Positions 25,511 to 36,542 of a stretch of DNA of 64,000 nt are shown one piece after another (positions within the stretch are counted from its first letter, which is position 1; every line of letters starts with the position of its first letter). Made by a program: the position numbers and the translations under genes. The notes beneath the pieces were generated by a model that was not told where the DNA came from, did not search any database, and was given only the letters and a program-made list of their open reading frames with translations. Source of the DNA: Parasitella parasitica NRRL 2501 (Eukaryota; Fungi; Mucoromycota); NCBI GenBank assembly GCA_025201805.1, contig MU619270.1, positions 182,397 through 246,396 on the forward strand, read 5' to 3'.

Positions 25511-26707
25511 CGTTCGACGTTGTTCATGGCTCTCGCTTCCTTGTCACCAGGCTGCCCCTTGGGTAATAGCGGATGAATAGGTTGCTTCTGTGGTACCATA
25601 ATGTTTCTCGTGGCTGGTTGCTCAGCAGTTTGAATATTAGCGCTACCACTCGTGGTTGATCGCCTTGATGACGGTTCGCTCATTTCTGCATCATCTCCCT
25701 CCTCAATTGCCCGAGTTTTAACCTGTAGGGTGCCATATACGAGACCAGACCTAGTGACACGGGGAGCCCGCTTTGCACGAGCTTGTGATACTAATTCGTT
25801 CCCAGAGACTTCCGATAGTCTTCTCTTTTCAGCTAGTAACGCGTCTTCTTTAATCAACATGGCCTCTGATTGGCCTAACGATTGATTCGCACCATCTTGT
25901 GAGAATGCAGGTACCGATCTGCGGCCTTGGTACTGAGAGCATTGGAAGTGTACGTGATCTGGACTTTTGCAAATTTTACACGGGTTCTTGCAATTTTGAG
26001 CAATGTGGTCTTCTTCTTGACAGTTGTAGCAGTTAACCTTTCTACGTTTAGGGGCATCAGCTTGACCGGTTTGTTCCTTACGGCCATTGCAAATCTCTTC
26101 CACGATCATAATAAGGGCCATATCCTTAAATTGAACGGTAAGGTCGTCCACATCGTAGGACTTTCCAGATTTCTTATCCTTGATGACCCGTTTTCCGGCA
26201 GAATCCTTATTCTTTACGTTTGGTTCCGAGTCTGTAGTACCCTCACTATCGCTTGCGTCTGACTCAGTGTCAGTGTCATCATAGATATCTCGTAGAACGT
26301 TATACAGGCTTTGTAATTTGTTATTCTTTCTATATTTGATGAAGCGCTTGATACTTTTGTCAGTAATACCCTTGATGATAAAGTATTTGAGAAAACCAGT
26401 TTCCGTAATAATCAGCTCTATTACGTCTTCGTCCTTGGCCTCCGAAGTGCTTGACGCGGATTCCACACCCTGAGGAGTGGTTGGCTTGACATCTTGATTC
26501 ATAATTTTTCTCTTGATAACTTCCGTTTGATAAGCATTTTCTCTTGTTTTCGAATCTGGTGATGTAGTCCGTGATCTTTTCTCCATCGCGCATCTTGAAG
26601 GTCGTAATATCAGACACCACTTTGTTCAAATCAACCTTCTTTACATGCTTCGCCAGTAATTCAGCATTGAATCTTGCGAAGGTCTCAAATTGCCTTTTCA
26701 TGCACCA

Positions 26708-26962
26708 TGATTTATCAGAAAAGTTCAAGTAGAAATTAATCAGGTAAAGATCCGTTTATTACATTCAAAAATAGAGGGTTTATATACTTTCTATGAACTG
26801 AGGGAAGCGATGTGAGGATAAAGGTTTTAGTGATGAGATCAGGGAGATAGGATAGATTGTATCTATCCCAAATGTCATGTCATATTATTTTATGATCTGA
26901 TGTTTTACTCTTGAGTATGAGTTTATATTATATTGACATCCGGTTTTAGAATTGATACATCA
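26708..26962 (-). mobile_element. Solo LTR, family C (255 bp) with 5-bp TSD CACCA
   Basis: CACCA|TGATTTATCAG...GATACATCA|CACCA; gag-like coding sequence on both sides. Same length and same TGATTTATCAGA end as 45132-45386. Confidence 0.9.
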
Positions 26963-27043
26963 CACCAAAACTAATTTTTCATCCTCGACCCATTTGTTGA
27001 CCTTAGCGATCTTCTCGAACCGGAAAAACCAATGGTTCGAGTC

Positions 27044-27133
27044 TGATGTGTCAATTTCCCAACCGGAAGTCAAACTCAAGTAAACTCAATCCTGAACACA
27101 ATTCAGGAACATATCCCAATGGATCATGTTCCT
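27044..27133 (+). mobile_element. Partial LTR, family C (runs into gap)
   Basis: tgatgtgtcaatttcccaaccggaagtcaaactcaagtaaactcaat closely matches the reverse complement of about 45300-45386. Confidence 0.85.
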
Positions 27134-27277
27134 NNNNNNNNNNACACATTGTGAAATTACTAGTAAAAAATATATAAAAAATACTTTTTAAAACTGTTAT
27201 TTATTTTTTAGATGAAGCTCATCAAAATGTCAATTAAAAACTATCTTTTTATACTAGTTTTTCCAAGGGTAAATGAT

Positions 27278-27653
27278 TGATGTGAACTACTGGCAGTCTT
27301 TCACACATCTTATTTGAATTAGTAAGACATTTCTTTATTAAGAACCGTGTCCTTGAAAACAACATTGAACATGACAAATATCACCATTAACATTCAACAT
27401 ATAAAGACAATTGTACACCTTTGTGCTCCTTATGAACCACAATCGTTACTGCTTTCCCAAGAAGCCTAAATTGGAGACATTCCAGTTACTGCATTAGTAA
27501 CATGAAATATACAGATTATATTTTATATAAATACATCCAAGATCTTTCAACTTGATGGATCTTGGCTTACATTTTTAACTTTGAATAAATATCGAAGAGT
27601 TATAATATTGTATATTCTTTCCGCTGCTTTTTTTATTATATTTTTTTATCGCA
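27278..27653 (+). mobile_element. LTR, family A (376 bp)
   Basis: TGATGTG...ATCGCA, near-identical to 23772-24147. The flanks ATGAT/ATAGC do not form a TSD. Confidence 0.85.
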
Positions 27654-28956
27654 ATAGCAACATCCATCAATCAAGTTGCAAACGTTGTCAAATTCTAGCT
27701 ATATGGATCAAAACCGTGATCATGGTTCAAATCTAAAAGCCTTTGCTGCTTTTCTTTTTTCCCATTACTTTTTGTCGAGAAGTCAGTCGATCATCATGGC
27801 AGAATTAACAATTTTCAAACAGTCAAACTTGAAAATAAAAGCATGAGACCAGATGTTAAATGTCCAGCTTTAGTAATGATTTTAAGACGTGGAAAAACAA
27901 ACAAAAACAATTGTCTTGAACTTGGTGGATGTATGAGAAGTAACAGAGTAGAAGTCTGTCCAATAATGGCCCTTGGATTATACATGTTTTGGCGTTTTCA
28001 TATGGAAAATGAGCCGTTTCCTAACTTTACAACCTCACCCGACTGGTACTTTACCAGGATCTTCAAGTCAGACGAGCACCAACTCACTGTTGCCTGGAAA
28101 TATTCCAGCCATAAGGATGCGATTTCAAGAGGGCTCAGTGGCGCCAATATTTTTTCAAAAAGCAAGACGCATGTCGGGTCGTGGTAGCTCCTCTGCCATT
28201 CTGGCAGATCTGGCTGGTGTTCATGAAGACCAAATATGTCGTCTGGGACGATGGAAAAATAACACCATGAATGGTGCGTATCTCACGGTATTGCCCAGGG
28301 AGGCCATGCGTGGTGTCATGGCTGGATTTACCATCCACCAAGGGCATCCTTGCTTGGATCCACCTGAAGAGCTGACGCGGTTGATATTCCCTGAACTTGA
28401 TGCATGGAACGCAAGAATGATCGAAAAAAAACACAATCCGAACAATTGAGATCCCATGCAGATCACAGTGGCAGCAAAAGCTTGCTTTGAGCTATTTTAC
28501 ATGTGTTGAGGAAGACCATCATACAAGTCTCTGTAGTAATGATGGACAACAAGTTTCCAAATCATCCTTTGTTGTGGACGAACGAGATCTTTAATAATCA
28601 AATGTTTCTAGATTACAAGGAGTAAGTTTTTTATTCCAATGTCTATTGTCCTTTTATTTTGATACCTAATCAAAATATTGTTAATTAGACGCATGAAAGC
28701 CATATCATCATCAATCAAAACAACAACCCTGCTCATACTACGCTATTACAACGATCCATCCCTATAGTGAAAGAACGCTTTAGGGCATTATACATAGCGA
28801 TCTATCTACCAGAATAAACGAGCAAGCAAGATGTCTGGAATGACTACATTACTCGTTTAGTCACTGGTCAAGCTAGTGTCAATCTCACAGTGAATCTTCC
28901 CACTCTCAACCAAATAATTTGTGCTAACAACACCATTCCATTCACAGCAACGGCTG
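27654..28956 (+). mobile_element. Crypton (CryptonF/Ndc10-domain-II-like) tyrosine-recombinase transposon fragment, pseudogenised
   Basis: Across frameshifts: FLFSHYFLSR...CPALVMILRRGKTN...CPIMALGLYMFWRF...KTHVG/RGSS...RLGRWKNNTMNGAYLTVLP...AGF...PPEEL...IFP...HPL. This gives the R-K-HxxR-W-Y catalytic set. GT-AG intron at about 28622-28688. No GCR1_C domain seen. Confidence 0.85.
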
Positions 28957-29370
28957 TGTTGGGTTAAAAAGATAATAAAAACCAAATGTTAACGAGATAC
29001 GAAAACTTGAAGATACTTTATTTAAGATCGAAATTGCATCTGCTATTTATACTTTTTACAACAACTACATAAATTTATGGTGACTTATTTAGATTATTAC
29101 TAATTGACAAGACTAATTCACAGTGACAATCTACTTGGCAGGGTACGATATGAGGTTATACAGCAAGGGCTACACGTCTTTGATCTGACAGAGCCTTAAC
29201 CTTTATCCTGGTGCTCAGATCTGTGTTACTTACAGGAATAACCTTCTTGATTTGAAACAGAGACTTTATTCTCCATTTACACAAGCGTATCACATCACAT
29301 CATTGGACAATCTTCAATCTTCAACTGAAGTACATTGCCATGATCTCCTGTCTATAATTATGACAGATCA
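28957..29370 (-). mobile_element. LTR, family B (414 bp), no TSD
   Basis: Reverse-complement homologue of 21966-22377 with scattered substitutions; TG...CA ends. The flanks GGCTG/CAATG differ. Confidence 0.9.
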
Positions 29371-30098
29371 CAATGTAAATCCCTGATTTACCACGCACAT
29401 TGGATTTTAACCGCTTGGTCTTGCTACAAGAAGGTCTATGGCATTTTATTGATATAACAGCCTCAATATTCAAGTAAAGTGGGAAGATTATGATTTATTT
29501 TTTAGTTGTGTTTATTATGTTTTTTATCAAAAAAAAAAGTGCTGAAAAATTATAAATCGAGCGATTAATTTGGCTAAGTCAACCCCAAAATCTTAAAAAC
29601 AAAAAAACAGGGTTTCCCCCTGTTTTGATGTTAGGCGGAATTTGAAATTCGACCAAAAATAGAAATTGGTAGAATTTCAATGAATACCCCCCCTCAATAG
29701 CCGAAAAATGCCTTACCACACTTTACAGCTTCGGATAAAATGGCCCATCTCAAANNNNNNNNNNNNNNNNNNNNNNNNNNNNNNNNNNNNNNNNNNNNNN
29801 NNNNNNNNNNNNNNNNNNNNNNNNNNNNNNNNNNNNNNNNNNNNNNNNNNNNNNNNNNNNNNNNNNNNNNNNNNNNNNNNNNNNNNNNNNNNNNNNNNNN
29901 NNNNNNNNNNNNNNNNNNNNNNNNNNNNNNNNNNNNNNNNNNNNNNNNNNNNNNNNNNNNNNNNNNNNNNNNNNNNNNNNNNNNNNNNNNNNNNNNNNNN
30001 NNNNNNNNNNNNNNNNNNNNNNNNNNNNNNNNNNNNNNNNNNNNNNNNNNNNNNNNNNNNNNNNNNNNNNNNNNNNNNNNNNNNNNNNNNNNNNNNNN

Positions 30099-30258
30099 TG
30101 AATTAGTCTTGTCAATTAGTAATCTAAATAAGTCACCATAAATTTATGTAATTGTAAAAAGTATAAATAGCAGATGCAATTTCGATCTTAAATAAAGTAT
30201 CTTTAGTTTTCGTATCTCGTTAACCTTTGGTTTTTATTTTATCTTTTTTGATCCAACA
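30099..30258 (+). mobile_element. Partial LTR, family B (3' part, emerging from gap)
   Basis: Matches about 22217-22377 and ends in ATCCAACA. Confidence 0.9.
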
Positions 30259-30808
30259 AGTTATGTGCAAAATCACTTTGGTGTTTGGGCTGTCGAACTT
30301 TGAAATCGATGATAATGTGATTTTTTTGTTTGCTGTGGTTTTGTGCGAAGTTTCAATATTTATTTTGCTAAAGTTTTTTAATGTTATTCAGGAGTGTTGA
30401 CAGATATCAATTCTGAAACCAGGCAAAAAATTAGCATGAAACCATGTGAGATCTAGAATATGAGGTATAGAAATGTTTTCCAGAATGGATAGATTGTTAG
30501 TTCAAACATTTCCTCATGATTTCTACTAAAGAAACCATAAAATTTGGATCGAACCTGGAAAACATTGGGATAGGATTATGATATAAAAGCAATTATATTC
30601 ATATAAATATTGATAATCAACAGAAATGAGAAAATAATTAAATCTACTTTTGCCAGAAGCAAAAATAATGACGTTATTGATTGAGAAGAAATTGTCTCTT
30701 TATACAAAATAAATTCACATGAATTCATTATTAATACACTTAGATCATGTTTGGCATTTAATTTTTTATTGTATTCTTATGATTGTGTATGGCATTTAAT
30801 CAAAAATA

Positions 30809-32353
30809 TTATATAAAGCTTTGGACTGAATTAACAGCAATAGCAAAACCTAGGAAGAATAAATTATACATTGGATCTATTAAGATGATCGATGCAGAAC
30901 TCGACGCTGATTTTACGGCAGGATAGTTCACCATGTTTTCATTATCACCAGGTCGAAGGCTTCCTACTGCTTGATTTCCATTTGGCCTTGGAGGTTCAGG
31001 TACATCTAGAGTAGGGAAAACCCAAGATTCTTCCCAATAAGGATGAGGATCGTTGATACATTGATGGATGGGCATGACATTAAAAGCCTTTTGTAATTCA
31101 GGAAGCCATTTCTCGGACATGAGAATAGTCACATTACTGTTTTCGTGTTGCTAATTGCGTGTGCATGTATATATATACATATTGATATGAATACTGTTAG
31201 TTTAGGGTTCTACTGTGTCTGAATGTGGAAACCTTACCAAGGTAATGTGGCCATGTTCTGTATCTTTGCCAGTGATACGATTCTTGATCCAGGTTTTAAA
31301 GTAACCATCAACTACCTCGCCTTTCAAATCACCCATTCCTTTGGTAACAAACTAAGAAATAGCAAAAATGAGCATTCACACATATCTTTAGATAAAGGCT
31401 TACCAGTTTCCAATCATTTGAATCCTGATCCCAAAGAATAGTTCTCATCCCCATCTGATAAGCGATAGCACGGACACGGTCATCAACATCGCCATAAGGT
31501 GGTCTCCAGCATTTTGGTGTAATGCCCATAGTTTCTTTAATAGCTTTATGGGTCCAATACAATTGAGCAACAATTTCCTCGTTGGTGAGAGTCGTCATTT
31601 GAGGATGAGACCATGTATGAGAGCAGATTGTGTGGCCATCGTTCAAAGATCGTTGAGCCGCATCTGGGAAATTGATTACGTTTGATCCAACAACTATAGG
31701 AAAAAATTAGTTGAAATACTTTTTTTGTTTTTTGGAAATGGAGAATAAGACATACAAAATAGGGTTGCTTTTTGCTTTCCTTTCTCTACCAAGTAATTGT
31801 AGAATCGAGGTTGATCAAACTCTTTGTCCTTGTCAGAAGTCGGCCACCACATTTTGTACGGACCATCATCGTAATTGAGACCCCAGTGGCCTTTTGTAGG
31901 GCAAATAGAAATATCTTCAGGAATATAACTGACTTTGGGCTTCTTGCAAAGGCTTGCTGACCACCAGCAGTCTGGATCGTCGGGGCTATAGTCCTTCGTG
32001 TCGAATGCCCAATTTTTGACAATGCGTGGTTTTGATTTGGGAACTTTGCTGAAATCAATGTGCTTAAGAGTTGCTTGTACTTCAGGATGGTCAACAGGAG
32101 GCTGCTTATTAGGCTCAGGATAAGCAGATAAATCCAGTTTGAATGGTTCCTTCGGTAATGGACCCGCTTTGATATCGTCGTTCCGGGGATACCATTGTGC
32201 TACGTTTGTCGGTACTTTGACATTAGCCAGCCAAACAGGCGAGGCTTGCACAAAATCAGCCGAACCTGCTTTTGTGGCATCATTTGTGGTTGCAGATGTT
32301 GCTCTTGCGAGGGCTAAATTTGCTGTAAATACTGCTATCCAATATAGCATCAT
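30809..32353 (-). CDS. Chitin deacetylase (CE4/NodB), secreted, probable GPI anchor; 4 exons
   Basis: Signal peptide; Cys motif PDCWWSASLC; CE4 motifs NYDDGP, HTWSHP, RPPYGD, DSNDW and ITLQHE; hydrophobic C-terminus. Confidence 0.93.
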
Positions 32354-32706
32354 TTTTGCTATTGCTCTACATGAAATAGGCAACTGTCATTTTTATACTA
32401 CCTTTTTTTTTTTTTTTCTACCCAAACAAACAATTTGTTATTTTCAAAACAAACTTTTGATTATTTGCTCTCANNNNNNNNNNNNNNNNNNNNNNNNNNN
32501 NNNNNNNNNNNNNNNNNNNNNNNNNNNNNNNNNNNNNNNNNNNNNNNNNNNNNNNNNNNNNNNNNNNNNNNNNNNNNNNNNNNAAAAAAGATAGTTTTGT
32601 GTGTTTGGTGTATGGAAATCTAGATGTATAGGAATTTTGATATGGAGAAGAGGAAGAAATATATATATAAAACAAAAGAGCGATAATAAAGAATTAAAGA
32701 TGTGAA

Positions 32707-35700
32707 TTAAGGCTTGATGCCTAAATTTAACTTGATGCCCATACTCATTAATTCAGTTGTCAGATATCTAAATACATATGGGATTGCGATTAAATCAATG
32801 CCCTTTGCTGTGTTACAAGTTCTGCATTCATAAGTACGACGATTGCCTAAAGTCGAAACAATCTTTGTACAGATGGGTGATGCTAGTGATCCACAGAGAC
32901 GACAGACGTAAGCTTGAGAATAATCTGAGCAGTTCATCAGACGGTCTTGGAGCAAAAAGCTTGTACCATGAGCAAGCAGGGAATCACGCTCCATCTCACC
33001 AAAACGAATACCACCATGTCTCTTACGGCCCTTGACAGGCTGCATTGTAAGGTTATGCACAGGACCCGTTGTGCGCACTTGAAACTTGTCGTTGACCATG
33101 TGTCTAAGACGTTGATAATAAACAACCTACACAACACGTCAGTACTTCCTAACAAAAATCAAGCAATAAAACTACTTACGCCTATGTATATGTCCATCTT
33201 CATTTCCTCACCAGTGATGCCAGAGTACATGGCTTCGTTACCATGGTAGTTGTAACCTGCCTTTAGTAGCTGCTCACCAAAGTAGTCTGCCGCGGTGTTT
33301 TGTTCATTGAATTTGAAAGGAGTACTGTCTTGAGCAATACCATGAAGCGCACCAGCTTTACCAGCAATGCTCTCGACAAACATGCCAATCGTCATACGAG
33401 ATGGGAAAGCGTGAGGGTTGATGATAACATCAGGCTGCATGCCAGATTCAGTGAATGGCATATCAATAGCAGGATACTTTTGAGAACAAACACCCTTTTG
33501 ACCGTGGCGAGACGAGAACTTGTCACCAATAACAGGAGAACGAGTGATACGAAGTTTAATGTGCACCTTTTGAAGTTCGCCAGTGCCGGAATCATCTCCC
33601 AAGACACGAACCTCATCAACATAAGCGTCTTCAGGACCCTTGTACTTTTTAATGATGTTTTTACCAGTAGACTCGTCAATATATGAACATAGGGGATCAT
33701 CAGCGACCAAATGGGCACCAATGTGAGGGAGGCCATCATCACCGATCTTGTTACGATACTTCTTACCCTTGACAGGGTCAAGGCCGAAGCGGTAAGTGAC
33801 AGGTTCACCGCGAGCACGGTATGAACTGAGATCAACTGTTTCTGCCTTGTAGACAGTACCATAACCAAAACCACGCTCATGAGCAGACTTGTTCAAAATC
33901 ATAGCATCCTCCATATCATAACCAGTGTAAGAAATAACAGCGACGATGGCATTGTTGCCCTGTGGCCAGCCATCCAAACCGTAGTGGTTGTAAAGCTCGG
34001 TTCTAACAACAGGAGTTTGACCATTTTGAATACGATACATTTTGTTATCGGTACGATGGTTCAACACAGTGGAGGGAGTGCCCATAGTTTGCTTACCCAT
34101 CTGACACTGATACATGTTACGAGGAGATTGATTGAAATCAGAGAAGGGTGTTTGGTTGGCAATGATACTGAGAATATTGGTAGGTGTGAATTCTTGATGT
34201 GTGGTGACACCAGGAACAACTTCATCATCCATACAAGCAATGTCCATGTAAACTTGTTCAAAGGTGCCGATCATATCGGTTTTGCCGTTGCCCAGGTACT
34301 TGACGGGACGCATCATACGCGCAGGGCTGGAAAACAGATACAGACCAGGATATTCACCACCATAGGACTTGGGCACATAGGCAATTTCCAAATCTAAGGG
34401 AATGCCGTGCTCACGGTTCACTCTCCACACCTTCAAACTATCTGCTGCCTTGACAGCAGTGGCAGGGGTACACCAGCCGACAATCTTACCATCCAACATG
34501 ACAACGACATCTCCAGGACGATTGATGGTATGAAGAAAATTCTGAGAAACGCCAAGAGCAGCAAGCAAACGTGGCACAGTCTTTGTATCAAGCGGCTCGT
34601 TGATAACCTTACATTTGTGAGCCAGATGGTTCAAAAGACCACAAGGGGAACCATCAGGAGTGTGGACAGGACAGAGGAAACCCCAACCTTCAGGAAGCAA
34701 CTTACGCACAGAAGTAGTTTTCAATTCAGCAAAGAAAGCACCACGATGGATACAGCGGAAATGTGCCAAGTAACGGAAGAAGTTTAATTTTTCCGCAACA
34801 ATAGTAAAACCAGAGAACTGTTGCAAATCCAAGCCTGTCTTACTGACAAGATTACCAGTAGCCAAAAAGTACGACATTTTGATACCAATATCGGCATTTA
34901 CTTTACGATAAGCATTTTGGAAGTAAGTGTCTAGAGAAAGGCTATAAGTATACTGTTCTTAAACAAAAAAAAAACACCACTACAGAAACTCACTGTTAAA
35001 GAAATCAACTCTGGATGGATTCAATCTGATATCGTTACGGATCTGCATCTTGATACCGGTGAGCCAGTCGAAAATCTTTTCCTTCATGATCATCGTGTAG
35101 AGATGGCCACCCAAGAGGACTTCTTGGTGTTGGGGAGCATCTGGGTTGTCAGCACCGCATTCGCCGGAGACAACAGAGTAAAGCTTGCGGATCATAAAAG
35201 CTAGCAGGCTGAATTTATCACGGTTGTCGTCCATGTGAACAAAGACAAGCTTTCGCAACAGCTCTTCGCCGATTTGCTGGTCAGTTAAATCCTCATCGAG
35301 ACCCATAGTTACCCTAAACTTTTCACCAATGTAGCTCAAGCATTGTTCACGAGTGTAAAGAGAGTAGATTTTGAATGATCTCAGTAGCAATTCGATACGG
35401 TCAGTCAAAAAGGTGTTTTGCAAATCGCCTTGACACAGGGCATCAAAGATTTCTTTATCAGACGTATCTACCAGAGCCTTGAAAACCAACATGGCAGGTA
35501 AAAGATACTCTTGCTTACGCCAAGCGAAACGGAACATGACATTGCCGTCTTTCAAGTAGTGAATAGTGTTGGTCAAGGTAGTTTGGTCACGGCGAGCACA
35601 GCGAATCGCACAGCCAAAGGTAGAGTAAGTAGGGCCACGGTTTTGGAAAGAGTTACGGATAATGGCAGTAACATGGTTGCGACGAGGCACAATCAAAAGA

Positions 35701-36275
35701 CGTACCAACTTTTCGATACCATTGACAACGAAGTAACCACCCATTTCCTCGGATTCTTCGTGGTGAGCAATCAACTCCTTGGGATACATGCCGGCAAGAT
35801 TACAGCGATTAGAGCGGACCATGATGGGCACCAAACCGAGATCACGCATGTCAGACTGCACAGGGCCGTTGTTTACTCTCCAGCAAAGCTTACCTTGAAG
35901 TCTGCCACGATACGTATTGAGACGCTCACGACACTCGGAAGGATAGGTTCGTCTCTTGAGAGTGATACTGTCACGCTCGCTTACCATAGGCTGGTGTAGT
36001 TTGACATCTTCAAGCCAATACGTCAACTTGTTGCCCAATGTGATGCCTGACGGATCGAGATTGATGTTATTGTCAGCGTTATCAAAGACTGACATGGTGC
36101 CAATATCCTTGATGGCAAACTCCAACAAGCCTTGACCACCTTGGCCAAATTCAGAAATGCTGTTGAAGGCTTCAATGTGAGGTGCAACTACTTCTTGTAA
36201 AGCGGGTGTTCCAAATTTCTCGTTAGAGGGATTACGGAACATCAGTTCTCGTTCAACCGTATTGTATTTCGACAT
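32707..36275 (-). CDS. RPA2: DNA-directed RNA polymerase I second-largest subunit (3 exons)
   Basis: [72 protein letters not shown] and a C-terminal Zn ribbon. The [25 protein letters not shown] wording is the Pol I type. Confidence 0.97.
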
Positions 36276-36542
36276 GTTTAGCTGTTGATCTTTTTTTCTT
36301 TCCTTCTTTTTTTTTTGTGAACCAAACCCTGTATCTATATATCTTTAACTATGATTTGAGACTGTAAAGAGACCTAAGGATTTGAAATTGATAAAATTCT
36401 TTCAACAAGAAAAAAAAAAAAGTGACCTTGGATATTCCATGTCACGAACACCATGTCCCTTAAGAAATGACAGATCCCAACAATAGAATTGACACATTCA
36501 CATTATGGCAAAAAAAAAAAAAAAAAAGGAGGGATGTATTTA

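Larger units (their letters stand above)
24148..27043 (-). mobile_element. Ty3/gypsy LTR retrotransposon internal relic: gag (2 CCHC knuckles), aspartic protease, start of RT; interrupted by LTR insertions
   Basis: Gag motifs WFFRFEKIAKVNKW and MRDGEKITDYITRFE; knuckles CYNCQEEDHIAQNC and CKICKSPDHVHFQC; protease LILDGGCTSYIVS...FIVGRE; pre-RT FHVDTGNHKPIYKKPY. There is a frameshift or deletion within gag. Confidence 0.9.

Noticed and set aside
26693-26707. Primer-binding site (TGGTGCATG...) after the 26708-26962 LTR, making it the gypsy element's own 5' LTR
   Set aside because: The TGGTG is the target-site duplication, and gag-like coding sequence continues on the far side of the LTR.
21966-29370. 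One 7.4-kb element with giant terminal inverted repeats
   Set aside because: The outer 'TIR' at 21966-22377 is an independent solo LTR with its own CACAA TSD. It differs from 28957-29370 at many sites and is not followed by Crypton sequence.
30395-30622. TGTTGA...TCAACA-bounded segment with weak resemblance to the LTR family C start
   Set aside because: No TSD and only short similarity; it may be an old LTR but is unsupported.
22579-32675. ORF-track entries containing X runs
   Set aside because: Artefacts of translating through N-gaps (22614-23128, 29755-30098, 32474-32583).
33300-35999. Long antisense or alternative-frame ORFs within RPA2 (similar ones in GAPDH and BRO1)
   Set aside because: Expected shadows of strongly codon-biased genes.
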